64,000 nt of DNA from a bacterium (lineage in GTDB: Bacteria > Patescibacteriota > Microgenomatia > JAMCZE01): the NCBI GenBank assembly GCA_021836035.1, contig JAKBJL010000002.1, forward strand, positions 71,484 to 135,483, given 5' to 3'. The notes under the pieces are model-generated. The model made no database searches. It was not told the DNA's origin and saw only the letters and a list, made by a program, of their open reading frames with translations. The translations under genes were made by a program, and so were the position numbers. Below are positions 18,359 through 27,965 of this stretch, in pieces (positions within the stretch are counted from its first letter, which is position 1; each line of letters starts with the position of its first letter).

Positions 18359-19473
18359 CAGCTTACCCAATACCCCCTGACAAAAAACGTCGTCAATACC
18401 ACTTCCAGGAGCGCGAACAGTATCGCTAACCCGATCTTAAACGGGCGATTTTTTATTAGGGCCAGGCCGATAAAAACGGGAAAGACAGTCAACAGATAGC
18501 GCGGCAGGGAAGAGAGAGTACCGGAAAATACGGGTAAAACGAGAGCCGGCCAGGAGTAAACCAAATAAGATAAGGGCACCTTCCGCCGTACGGTCAGCCA
18601 GGTTAGGATTCCTACGCCGAAAAGAAAAGCGGTAAACTCCAGAACGGCAACCCAAAAATCATAGTGGGTAACACTGGCGGTCAGAAATATCCTCAGATAG
18701 CGGTAAAGGACCTGCGGCGGCGTTACCAAACCGGAAAGGGTATTCGCCCGGGCATTCTTAAACGCTCCCTGGTTAAATAAAAACAACAAGGGGTTGCCGA
18801 ACTGGCGCCAGAGGTAAAACATATAACTAAGAACTCCCCCGGCTGCGATTATTCTCCACCGGTTTAGGGGTTTAAATATTGCCGTCGGGGCGAGAAACGC
18901 CCCCACCAGCCTCACGCCCCCGGCTAATAACCCGGCTATCCCACCAGCGATACCCGGCAAAAAGAAAGCCAGCAGTAACAGCAGTAAAAATAGCGCTTCC
19001 GTATAAACCGCACCGAAAAAAAACGAAGTCGGAAAAGCAAAAAGAAAAATAACCGACCAGAAGGCTACGTTTTTATTCAGGTCCCGGCTGACCAATTTAT
19101 AAAGGAGGATAGCCGCAAGCAATGCGGAGACATTAGCAATCAGCAATCCCGCCAGAAATAAATTACCGGTAAGAAAGGAGACAAGCTTTATTAAAAGGGG
19201 ATAAACCGGGAAAAATACCTGCTCCCCGTTAATCAGACCGGCATAGCCGTGACGGGCTACCGTCAGATAATGAACCCCGTCAAAATTACCCCACTGCCAA
19301 AGCCACTGGGGATAACCGGAAATGATCAGGGACTCGTTAATCAGGGGAAAACTGGCCTTAAATTCCAGAAGACGGAGAGCGATTATTCCCCATAAAAAAA
19401 GCAGCCCGCGCCAGAGAAGGAAAGCAAGTATTACCGGCTTAAGCTCCGTTATTGATCTTTTCATAGACCGCAA
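18358..19473 (-). CDS. PIG-V-like (GT76-type) GT-C mannosyltransferase
   Basis: NFDGVHY, FFPVYP, FPTSFFFGAVYTEALF and SLPRY motifs in a polytopic protein. Start may be 19464. Confidence 0.8.
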   Translation of the reverse strand: MRSMKRSITELKPVILAFLLWRGLLFLWGIIALRLLEFKASFPLINESLIISGYPQWLWQWGNFDGVHYLTVARHGYAGLINGEQVFFPVYPLLIKLVSFLTGNLFLAGLLIANVSALLAAILLYKLVSRDLNKNVAFWSVIFLFAFPTSFFFGAVYTEALFLLLLLLAFFLPGIAGGIAGLLAGGVRLVGAFLAPTAIFKPLNRWRIIAAGGVLSYMFYLWRQFGNPLLFLFNQGAFKNARANTLSGLVTPPQVLYRYLRIFLTASVTHYDFWVAVLEFTAFLFGVGILTWLTVRRKVPLSYLVYSWPALVLPVFSGTLSSLPRYLLTVFPVFIGLALIKNRPFKIGLAILFALLEVVLTTFFVRGYWVS

Positions 19474-20500
19474 GTGTCCCGAGCGCCGTTTTTTCCCAAC
19501 TGAACTGTCCGGCTTGGGAGAGACAATTTCGGCTTAGGCTTTGATAGCCTTCGGGTGATAGGCTTAAAACCTGGACGACTTTGGCACATAAATCTTCAGG
19601 GCTTTTGATATCGGCATAAACACCGGCTTCTCCGGCAACCTCCGGCAGGCTGCTGTTCTTTCCACAGACCACCGGACAACCGCAGGCCATCGCCTCAACT
19701 ACCGGCAAACCGAATCCTTCATACAACGACGGTTGGACATAAACCTTTGCCAGGTTATAAAAAACCGCCAGGTCTTCCGGCGGGACAAAACCGGGTGAGA
19801 CGACTTTTTCCGCAATTCCCAAAGCCTCCGCCTCCCTTTTTATTTCCCCCGCCTCCGGAATTTCCAGAGAATTAAAAGACCTTCCCGCCAAAACCAGATT
19901 AACCCCCCGGTATTTTTTTAGACCTATCAGTTTGGCGAAAGCCCGTAACAGACCGGCCAGGTTTTTATTGTAATTGATGTCTCCGACATAAAGAATAAAC
20001 TCCTCAGGCAACTGATATTTATCCTTAACCGCGAACAACCTATCTCCGTCTTTAAGCGGTCTAAAATCCGCACCCGGAGCTTCATAAGTAACAAAGATTT
20101 TATTTTTGGGGAAACCAACCAGGCGGATGATATCGTTTTTAGATGAACGGGAAACGGTAATAAGAGCGTCGGAAAAACGCAGGGAAAATTTTTGGATTTG
20201 CCATTTTAATTTTCCCTTAAATCCCCGGGGGAATCCGGCGGGAAACAAAAGCGGCGTCAGGTCATGAACCGTAACCACCGAATTTTTCCGGATCATAAAC
20301 GGCAGGGTCAAAAAGAAAGTGTCGTAATAGGGAAAATGGACAATATCAAACTTTTTATACGGCGAGGACAGGTAAGAAAAATCGACCAGCTCGATATCGG
20401 CGTTAAGTTTTACTAAGGCTTCAAACAGTCTTTCCGTATAAAAGCCTACTCCCCTGACGGTATTGGCAAGATTCGGCGGCCGGACCAAAGCGATATTCAT
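19439..20500 (-). CDS. GT4 family glycosyltransferase (MtfB/WbaZ-like)
   Basis: TVHDL, TVS, KNL, PSLYEGFGLPVVEAMACG, SSLPEV, FSW. Confidence 0.92.
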   Translation of the reverse strand: MNIALVRPPNLANTVRGVGFYTERLFEALVKLNADIELVDFSYLSSPYKKFDIVHFPYYDTFFLTLPFMIRKNSVVTVHDLTPLLFPAGFPRGFKGKLKWQIQKFSLRFSDALITVSRSSKNDIIRLVGFPKNKIFVTYEAPGADFRPLKDGDRLFAVKDKYQLPEEFILYVGDINYNKNLAGLLRAFAKLIGLKKYRGVNLVLAGRSFNSLEIPEAGEIKREAEALGIAEKVVSPGFVPPEDLAVFYNLAKVYVQPSLYEGFGLPVVEAMACGCPVVCGKNSSLPEVAGEAGVYADIKSPEDLCAKVVQVLSLSPEGYQSLSRNCLSQAGQFSWEKTALGTLAVYEKINNGA

Positions 20501-21240
20501 AATTTCTCCCGGGATTTAAAATAAGCGATCGGAAAATTCAAAGACGAAAAAAGCGCCCAGATAAAACCCGGAAAACCGTCCAGGAATCCCAGATGGCGGA
20601 AATATATAGTAAAAAAACCCTGCCGGCTGTCAAACAAAGGTCTAACCAGCATATTGGCTAAAAAACCGCCGCTTACCGTTTCCGCCCATAAATCCGTATA
20701 GCGGTTAAAGTGTTCCAGATAGCGGTAGAAGGTTTCATTGGCGTAGTGCAGCAAATCGTGTTTCAAATATCCGGTTTTTCCCGTAACTTCAGCCTGTTCG
20801 TGAACGCTTTTGCAGGGCAGGCGCCCCTTACCGCGGCGGTATAACCTTAAGGTATAGTCGGGATATGCTCCGCCTTTCTTTAAGAACTTTCCCAGAAAAA
20901 AATTACTCCGGGGCAGCCAAAAGCCGTTTTCCGGCGGATCCGCCGCTAAAACGCTGTCGATCTCTTTCTTTAAATCGGGGGTGACCACTTCGTCCGCGTC
21001 CAGCTGCAAAATCCAATCGCCGCGGGCCTGTTCAATGGCCTTTTGCTTATTGAGGTGAAAGATCGGCGGATTATCGGTAACCGTAACCTTGGCACCGTAT
21101 TTTTCGGCAATGGCCACCGTCTTATCCGTTGAGGTACCGTCAACAACGATAATCTCCCCGGCCCAGCCCTTTACCGCCGCGAGGCATCTGGCCAAGTTTT
21201 GTTCCTCGTTGAACGTTGCTAAGACTACCGAAAGCCTCAT
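20497..21240 (-). CDS. GT2 glycosyltransferase (WaaE/KdtX-like)
   Basis: NEE..L..CL, VDGTSTDKT, WILQLDADE, YPD, VHE, LDG.PG. Confidence 0.88.
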   Translation of the reverse strand: MRLSVVLATFNEEQNLARCLAAVKGWAGEIIVVDGTSTDKTVAIAEKYGAKVTVTDNPPIFHLNKQKAIEQARGDWILQLDADEVVTPDLKKEIDSVLAADPPENGFWLPRSNFFLGKFLKKGGAYPDYTLRLYRRGKGRLPCKSVHEQAEVTGKTGYLKHDLLHYANETFYRYLEHFNRYTDLWAETVSGGFLANMLVRPLFDSRQGFFTIYFRHLGFLDGFPGFIWALFSSLNFPIAYFKSREKL

Positions 21241-22919
21241 ACTATGAATATTACCAAGGTTATGGCCAAAGCGCCAAGCGAAATAAGGTCGGAAAATTTT
21301 CTCACCGGAGTTTCTCCGAATTGGGCAGTCACATCGTGGGTGCCGGCGGGGACGCTAACGAGCATGGTACCGCTGTAATCGGTTCCGTCCGGAGATAGGG
21401 AACTGCCGCTGACGCTTAAACCGGAATCGAGCGGCACAGCTTTGCCGTCCAGATTTACCCGCCAGCCGGGAAAATAAAGCGTGTTTAAACGTAGGGAGGA
21501 GGCGGTGGCTACCGTAATTGTATATTCCTGAAAATGAGAGGTTATTTTGTCAACGATGATTTTCCCCTGTCCCCCGATAAGCTGAGCCCGCTGGGCAACC
21601 GGCGGAAAGGACATTGCCAAACGATCTTTAGGTGTAAATTCACCAAGCTGGGTTCCCGACTCAGCAAAGGAGAATAAAAAGTCATCACGGTAATTTAGCA
21701 CCTCGTTAATGCGCGTATGGTTACGGTTGGCGATAATTACGGCCATAACCAGCAAAACTGCGCCGCCCAGCTGCAGAATCCTTCCGGGTATTTGGCGTAC
21801 CAATAAAGCTCCGAGAATGGCCGAGGAAAAAACCGTTACCCCCAATAGCCTCCAGGGATAATCGATAGTGGATAAGGCGTTCACGTTTTTCCAGAGAAAA
21901 ACGACCGGAGGGATATCGGTCATCAAAATGACGGTTAAACCAAGGCAAAACAAAGCAAAAATAAATAAATATTTATCACCTCCGGTATATATTTTCTTTT
22001 TTAAAATTAAAGCGACGGGTACAACTATGACGGCTAAAAATACCGTAAGAATTTGTCCTAGTCCGATCTGAAAACTCATCATGTCATTTGCCGTCCCGGG
22101 AAAGGAAAAACCATAGCCCCAGGGTGAGCGGAAAAACTGCCAGAAGGCCACCAAGTGCTGCGCGGAGTAATTCATTACCTGATCAAAACGGACATCGGAC
22201 CGCTCCAGGACATCCGGAATATAAATAAAGGCTGCCAGGCAAAACCCCAATAAGGAAAATAGCGCATAATGAAAAATGCCGCTCCACTTCCTTGTCCGGT
22301 ACAAAAGCAACGCGGCATATAAAGATCCCAGCGGTAAAAAGATGAAAGCGACCAGATTATGGGCCAGCATAAGCAATCCGGTAGCGAAAGCGCCGACAGC
22401 TATCCACTTGCGATTTCCCGTCCCGAAGACTTCATCAATGGCTAAAAATACCGGCGGAATAAAAGCGTAGGCAATGCTTTCGGCGTAAGCGGCACGCACA
22501 AAAATCATTAAAAAGCGATAGGGCGCCCAGAGGTAAAATACCGCCCCGACCAGGGCCGGGATTTTTCCCAATTTCTTCTCCAGCCAGAGATAAAAAGTAA
22601 TTCCGGATAAAAGATAGGCGCCGCCCAGAACCGCTTTAAAACTATCAGTAACCGTGAGCCCGAGATAATGCAGTAAAGCTCCCAGAAAGTAGGGTAAAGG
22701 ATAGATATAGGAAAATATTGGTGAACCCAGAAATCCGTTCAAATTCTGCGCCCAACGGACGGGTAACTGACCGTCTTTTAACGCCAGGAAAAAGTTGGCG
22801 ATGCGGACCGTATGGTGCAAGCCGTCATGGCTGGTGTAAAAACCCGGTGTCAGCAAAGCTTTAATTCCCAATAGTCCCAGGAAAAATAGCAGGAAAATAA
22901 TTAAGGTTCTGTTTCTCAT
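21237..22919 (-). CDS. GT-C membrane protein of the PTPS-related family with YfhO-like C-terminus
   Basis: SHDG..H..R, LPVRW, G.P.F..IYPL, APYR, RAAYAE, YPWRL, YFPGW, ETPVR. Confidence 0.8.
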   Translation of the reverse strand: MRNRTLIIFLLFFLGLLGIKALLTPGFYTSHDGLHHTVRIANFFLALKDGQLPVRWAQNLNGFLGSPIFSYIYPLPYFLGALLHYLGLTVTDSFKAVLGGAYLLSGITFYLWLEKKLGKIPALVGAVFYLWAPYRFLMIFVRAAYAESIAYAFIPPVFLAIDEVFGTGNRKWIAVGAFATGLLMLAHNLVAFIFLPLGSLYAALLLYRTRKWSGIFHYALFSLLGFCLAAFIYIPDVLERSDVRFDQVMNYSAQHLVAFWQFFRSPWGYGFSFPGTANDMMSFQIGLGQILTVFLAVIVVPVALILKKKIYTGGDKYLFIFALFCLGLTVILMTDIPPVVFLWKNVNALSTIDYPWRLLGVTVFSSAILGALLVRQIPGRILQLGGAVLLVMAVIIANRNHTRINEVLNYRDDFLFSFAESGTQLGEFTPKDRLAMSFPPVAQRAQLIGGQGKIIVDKITSHFQEYTITVATASSLRLNTLYFPGWRVNLDGKAVPLDSGLSVSGSSLSPDGTDYSGTMLVSVPAGTHDVTAQFGETPVRKFSDLISLGALAITLVIFIV

Positions 22920-24370
22920 TCTAAAAATTGCCTGGCATCAAACATCAGAGAATCTCCCAAGAGATGGCGATTATGGTCCGTATCCTCAAAGTATACTCCC
23001 CGGAAATTTTCCCCGAAATAGAGACGGAACATATCCGTCCCGCCGGTAGCGTAGGCCAATTCCCGGGAGGGATGTAATTTATTCCCGGTTAAAGCACAAA
23101 CCGGATTATTGTTATTGCGAAAATAAATATTAGGGTAAAAAACCGGCGACGAACCGCTCAAAACTAAAAGCCGCATGACCCTTTCGGCAGCAACCGCTCT
23201 TTTCACCGACCAATGGTTGGAGATATTGAAATTCAATGCGGAAAAACTTAATAACAGATAGATAAAACAGGCAAGAACGATCATTTGCCGCGAAAGATTC
23301 CGGACCACTACTGCCAGTATCAGGGCTAACCCGCAAAGCGGCAGAGTCAGGCTATAGGCAAACTTGTGAAAGGGATAAAAAGCCACGGGCAAAAGGAAAA
23401 CGACAAAAAAAACCACCCCGAAAATAAGTATGTTCACGGGTTCTTCTCTTATCCGGCGCCATCTGTCGCGGCTGTTTTCCCACATCCGGGCTAAACCTAA
23501 GGAAAGCAACCCGAAGAACCCGGCAAACATTCCTAAAACCCTGTTACCCCATAAACCAAATTCGGTAAAAATCGCCGGGTTAATTAGCAGGGGAAGCTTA
23601 AACAATTTAATGTTGACATAGGCTTCCGGCAACCCCAACCCCCAAAGTCCGTACCAGAAATAATTATTGAGAATTTGCTTCGGATTAAAGTTAAAAGCAT
23701 AAGCTTCCCCGGAAGCAAAACCGAAAAATTTAAGGCGCGCAATTACATATAAAGCAACTACCATCAAAGACGCGCCCAAAAGCGGCCACTTGATCTTTTT
23801 CTGCCATAACCAGTCTGCAAAAAATAAAACCGGCGGGATGACGACCGCCGTTTCTTTAGAGGCTAACGCCAACAGAAAACCAGCTAAAAATAACCAACTG
23901 CCGCGCAAATAAAAAATGACCGTTAAAAGTCCGAAAGTCGCTAAAGCCAATTCCTGTATCTGGGAGAGGAAAAAGAGGCGGTAAAAATGGGATCCCGAAA
24001 AGGCGTAAAAAAAGGATGTTAAAACAGCCAAGCCGTCGTTCCGGCAGAGAAGCTTTACTAACCAGAAAACCAGCAGGATATTAACTAGGAAGAAACCAAA
24101 AGCGATTAGATGATACCCCAGGGGTTGGAGACCGAAGAGATTTTGACCGAGGCGCCAAAACAGCTGCGTCGTCAACGGACGATAAAATTTAAAATCGAGG
24201 ACGGGGGCCTTAAAAATATTAAAAGCGTCACCCAGGCTTTGGCTGTTAGCCAGAAGCATATTAAAAAAATCGTCCTGGAAGAAAAAATTTCCTAATGCCT
24301 GCCGGTAGAATAAGGCGGCAACCGGAAGGAGCAAAACCAGCAGATATTGCGGTTTGGCAAAGGTTTTCAT
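22916..24370 (-). CDS. GT-C membrane glycosyltransferase (DD/YRPL type)
   Basis: FFQDDF loop, FYRPL, YH, LASKET. Polytopic. Confidence 0.75.
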   Translation of the reverse strand: MKTFAKPQYLLVLLLPVAALFYRQALGNFFFQDDFFNMLLANSQSLGDAFNIFKAPVLDFKFYRPLTTQLFWRLGQNLFGLQPLGYHLIAFGFFLVNILLVFWLVKLLCRNDGLAVLTSFFYAFSGSHFYRLFFLSQIQELALATFGLLTVIFYLRGSWLFLAGFLLALASKETAVVIPPVLFFADWLWQKKIKWPLLGASLMVVALYVIARLKFFGFASGEAYAFNFNPKQILNNYFWYGLWGLGLPEAYVNIKLFKLPLLINPAIFTEFGLWGNRVLGMFAGFFGLLSLGLARMWENSRDRWRRIREEPVNILIFGVVFFVVFLLPVAFYPFHKFAYSLTLPLCGLALILAVVVRNLSRQMIVLACFIYLLLSFSALNFNISNHWSVKRAVAAERVMRLLVLSGSSPVFYPNIYFRNNNNPVCALTGNKLHPSRELAYATGGTDMFRLYFGENFRGVYFEDTDHNRHLLGDSLMFDARQFLE

Positions 24371-25140
24371 GAACCTGAGGAAAATATCGGACTATGATAT
24401 ATCCCCCATCGATGGAGAAGATATAAAAACACTTCCCAGCAGCTTTCAAGACCGAACTTCAAACCGCGCCAGCCGCTGATGGAAGATTGCTGGTCGTGAT
24501 AGCGGGTCGGGATAGGGATTTCCCCGATCGCTAGCCCCGCGGCGACCGCCGAAATCGTAAATTGCTGATCGAAAACAAAATCGTTGGAAAAACGCTGAAA
24601 AGGAACTTTCTCCAGGCACTTGCGGCTGTAGGCGCGTAACCCGCTCATATATTCAGACAAATTTTCGCCGAGGATAATATTGGCAAAAAGCGTAAACAGG
24701 CGGTTAAAAAAATATTTTTGCTTCGGCATCCCGCCGGCCAGCGCCATCCCGCGGTTTTTTATCCGGCTGCCGAACATCATATCGTAATCCCCGTTTAAAA
24801 TCGGGTCGACCAAACCCTTGATTTTCGATCCGTCATACTGGTAGTCGGGATGAAGCATCACTACGACGTCCGGATTCCTTTTTAACGCTTCCCAATAACA
24901 GGTTTTTTGATTACCGCCGTACCCCAGGTTATGAGGATGCCTAAAAACCGTTAAGCCCAGTTTTTGCGCCGTCTCCGCCGTTTTATCCTTGCTTCCGTCA
25001 TCAACCAGAATTATTTCGCTTACTAACCCCGCCGGAATTTCCCGAAAAGTGCTCTCGACCGTCCGCTCGGCATAGTAAGCCGGCATAACGACGACAATTT
25101 TCGGTTTCGTTTTTGCCATCTTTTTACTCCATTCTAGCAA
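24367..25140 (-). CDS. GT2 polyprenyl-phosphate sugar synthase (DPM1-like)
   Basis: MPAY, LVDDGSKD, NLGYGGNQK, MLHPDYQYD, GSR, FVFD, EIPIPTRY. Confidence 0.88.
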   Translation of the reverse strand: MLEWSKKMAKTKPKIVVVMPAYYAERTVESTFREIPAGLVSEIILVDDGSKDKTAETAQKLGLTVFRHPHNLGYGGNQKTCYWEALKRNPDVVVMLHPDYQYDGSKIKGLVDPILNGDYDMMFGSRIKNRGMALAGGMPKQKYFFNRLFTLFANIILGENLSEYMSGLRAYSRKCLEKVPFQRFSNDFVFDQQFTISAVAAGLAIGEIPIPTRYHDQQSSISGWRGLKFGLESCWEVFLYLLHRWGIYHSPIFSSGS

Positions 25141-26725
25141 AATTAAAGGCCGGTGATCCGTCGGGGAAATTGATAGTTTTAAACACTGTTAGTCCCGAAG
25201 CGTTGTCTTTGGGCGAGAGGATATACAGACCGCCGGGATCGCGCCTATCCAGAGAAAACTGATATTTATCAAAGCCGGCGTAAAAATAACCGTTATTCTT
25301 AACTACCGGAGAAACCCGGCCGTAAAAAAGAAAATAAATATAGGGCTGATCGTAAGCGGAAGTGACATAAATCCGGTCGTAATTATTTTCCGTTGCCAGA
25401 ACGTCTTTTACCACTTCCCGGTATCCATACAGCCAGGCGGGAGCGTATTCTACCGGTAAATGCACAAAATACATATGCAAATAATAAAAGCTATTCAACA
25501 ACAGCATTAAACAAACAGACGATATTGCAAAACCCCGAGATAATCTTGGCCAAACCGTAGGCGACAGCACAGAGCTTTTAACCTTTAGCCTGAAGTTTTT
25601 GGCCAAATTAATAGTTTTAATCAACCCGTATCCCGTAATAATCTGGTAAGTCGGCAGATATAATAAAGCCCGGATGGCGTGGGGAGTTTCCGTAGTCACA
25701 GCGGCAGCAGACGGGGCGAGCAAAAACCACCAAGCCAGCGGGAAAAGCCACTTGGGCCTGCGAGCTAATAAAAAATAGCTCCCGGCCAAAAGGAAAGGCA
25801 GCTCCCAAAGATAGAGCATCCCCATATTCGGAGCATGGTGCCGAAAGTTAGCGTCCCCGTTTAGAAACAAAAAGTTAAAATCGAGGTGGTCTAGATAATT
25901 TTTGGCATAGCGCGCCGCTAAAGCCGGCGGATCGGAGGGCCCCGGTCCGGAAAAGATACTGACTTCTCCGAAACGGGCGCCCACGCTTCCGACATGCAGG
26001 GTGTTGCGCACCAGGGGGTAAAGTAAAATGAAAGCCATAATTACCCCCGCAAGGCTTATTTTCCAATGGGTGAAAAATATTTTCCGGTAATAAAAGGCTA
26101 TTCCCGCTAAAAAAAGCGGTACTACCAGGCGGCTGCTGTGATAACAATATAGCGACAGGATAAAAAAGAAAATTGAGAAAAAAAGGGAAAAATAAGAGGG
26201 CAGTCTAACAAACCGGAAAAGGAAAACACTGCCCGCGATAAAAAGAAAAAGTGCCAGATTAGCCTCAAAGGCTCCGCGGCTAAACTGGATCGACCAGGGA
26301 GAAATCGCTAAGAGGAAAGCCGCTAAAAACGGTAGGGCTTGCCATTTATCTCCCCCGGTGTCGTTATCCAAGGCTAGCCACTGCCGCACCAGAAAAAAAG
26401 TCGCTATCACCGCCAGCACCCCCGCCAAGGCCGAGGGAAACCGCACGGAAAATTCGTTTAATCCCTCCAGAGCGATTCCCGGAATGGCGGCATAAATATA
26501 AACCGGCGGCTTGTAATCGTTAAAAGAGCGGAAGGAAACGGGCAGTTTATTCCCATATTCGTCGCTGCCGGTAGCAAGCAAAGAATAGGCATTCCACCCC
26601 AGGGAAGCCTCATCCCAATCCAATCCCGGGGGATTAATCCCCAGCCGGTAAAACCGCAGCAAAAAAGCCAACAGGACAATTAGCGCCAGTATAAATAGAT
26701 ATTTCCCTTTCCCGATTGGTTTCAT
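25124..26725 (-). CDS. GT-C membrane glycosyltransferase (ArnT/PMT-like, WDEA class)
   Basis: WDEA, DYKPP, VRFPSA, SPW...SR.AFEAN, PHAIR. Start placed at ATG 26725. Confidence 0.88.
   Translation of the reverse strand: MKPIGKGKYLFILALIVLLAFLLRFYRLGINPPGLDWDEASLGWNAYSLLATGSDEYGNKLPVSFRSFNDYKPPVYIYAAIPGIALEGLNEFSVRFPSALAGVLAVIATFFLVRQWLALDNDTGGDKWQALPFLAAFLLAISPWSIQFSRGAFEANLALFLFIAGSVFLFRFVRLPSYFSLFFSIFFFILSLYCYHSSRLVVPLFLAGIAFYYRKIFFTHWKISLAGVIMAFILLYPLVRNTLHVGSVGARFGEVSIFSGPGPSDPPALAARYAKNYLDHLDFNFLFLNGDANFRHHAPNMGMLYLWELPFLLAGSYFLLARRPKWLFPLAWWFLLAPSAAAVTTETPHAIRALLYLPTYQIITGYGLIKTINLAKNFRLKVKSSVLSPTVWPRLSRGFAISSVCLMLLLNSFYYLHMYFVHLPVEYAPAWLYGYREVVKDVLATENNYDRIYVTSAYDQPYIYFLFYGRVSPVVKNNGYFYAGFDKYQFSLDRRDPGGLYILSPKDNASGLTVFKTINFPDGSPAFNFARME
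25566..25600. repeat. Weak degenerate heptamer array inside a coding loop
   Basis: agcacag agctttt aaccttt agcctga agttttt. Coincides with a loop that is longer than in the paralogues. Confidence 0.35.
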
Positions 26726-26726
26726 C

Positions 26727-27965
26727 TCAATATAAATTAAAATGCGGGTAAATACCCCAAAGACTTGAAAGATATAAAGCGTTAAATAAAATTCCCAGGA
26801 CAATTAGGGATTTGGCAAAAAGCGATAGCCGCGGCCGGAGATTCGGAAGCAGGGCTAAAAAGAGAAAGGGTAAAAAGTCCAGTGCATAGCGATAGCCGAA
26901 CTGGGTGAAACCGACTCCGTAATATAAGAGCGAAGGAACCGCCAGTACTAAAACACTTAGCCAGGCGGAGCGGGAATAAGCTTCCTTTTTAGCACGGAAA
27001 AGCAGGAGAAACAACGGGGAAGTAAACCAGAGGGCCATCCCCCAGCCATCAGCTTTCAGATAGGGAAACTTTAAGACAAAACCACCTCCCGGCGCTAAAA
27101 CCGGATCCGGAGCTTTCAGCAATAAGGAATAAAGATTGGCCGGCAGATGACTAAGGCTCATAAAACCATACCCGGCATTGACATTCATCGGATAATTTTT
27201 TAGCGTCAGATTATAACGGTATCCGGTTTCCCAGGGCGTCCGGAAACGTTTGTAATTATAAGCCCCCAAAATTAAAAGCGAAATAACGACCGGCAAAAAA
27301 AGAAGCAGGACCGCCCGGTAATTAAATTTCGTCCGGAAGATTTCCGCCAGGAAATAAACCAGCGAAAAATATAAAGTCATGCGGGTCAACCCGGCCAGCG
27401 CTACCAAAATCCCGATCAGCCACCAACGCCGACTGCCGAAATACTCCCCAAGCGCGAACAGAACGAAGGTAAAACCCACCGCCTGAACCAGATAAGCGGA
27501 AATATTCACCAGGCCGGCCCCGAAAAGCACGGTGGAAAAAACCAAAAAGAGCGCCAGCCAAAAGCTGTCGCTATCAGAAAACTTTAATTTTAGCGCGAGA
27601 AAATAGGCGGTACAAAAAGAAAACAAAAGCGCTCCCCAGCCTAAAACCTCCTGGAGCTGATTATTCTTTGTCAAGAAAGCCAGCGGCATAAGAAGTATGG
27701 AAGGCCAGGGACCGAAATAAATAAACCGCCTGTCAAAAAACGCGACAATATCCCCGTTCGGAAGCCCCAAAGGAGAGAGCTCCACGCTTCCCTTGAGAAA
27801 CTGCCGGGCCAGAAGCATCAGGTGGATATCCCCGCCGGCTTGCTTTGCCGCTATCGGCCCGAAAATCAAAATCGCGGAAAAAAGAGCAAAATAAAGCAAC
27901 AAAAAGGGCAGCCACCAAACTTTTAAAAAAGCTCTCATGCCCCGCACTCCCCCTTTATTGATCAT
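26727..27965 (-). CDS. Polytopic membrane protein, probable GT-C glycosyltransferase
   Basis: Many hydrophobic segments, GDI...YFGPWP loop, LTR, YNY.RF, GYRYALDF. Start may be 27938 (GGAG upstream). Confidence 0.65.
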   Translation of the reverse strand: MINKGGVRGMRAFLKVWWLPFLLLYFALFSAILIFGPIAAKQAGGDIHLMLLARQFLKGSVELSPLGLPNGDIVAFFDRRFIYFGPWPSILLMPLAFLTKNNQLQEVLGWGALLFSFCTAYFLALKLKFSDSDSFWLALFLVFSTVLFGAGLVNISAYLVQAVGFTFVLFALGEYFGSRRWWLIGILVALAGLTRMTLYFSLVYFLAEIFRTKFNYRAVLLLFLPVVISLLILGAYNYKRFRTPWETGYRYNLTLKNYPMNVNAGYGFMSLSHLPANLYSLLLKAPDPVLAPGGGFVLKFPYLKADGWGMALWFTSPLFLLLFRAKKEAYSRSAWLSVLVLAVPSLLYYGVGFTQFGYRYALDFLPFLFLALLPNLRPRLSLFAKSLIVLGILFNALYLSSLWGIYPHFNLY

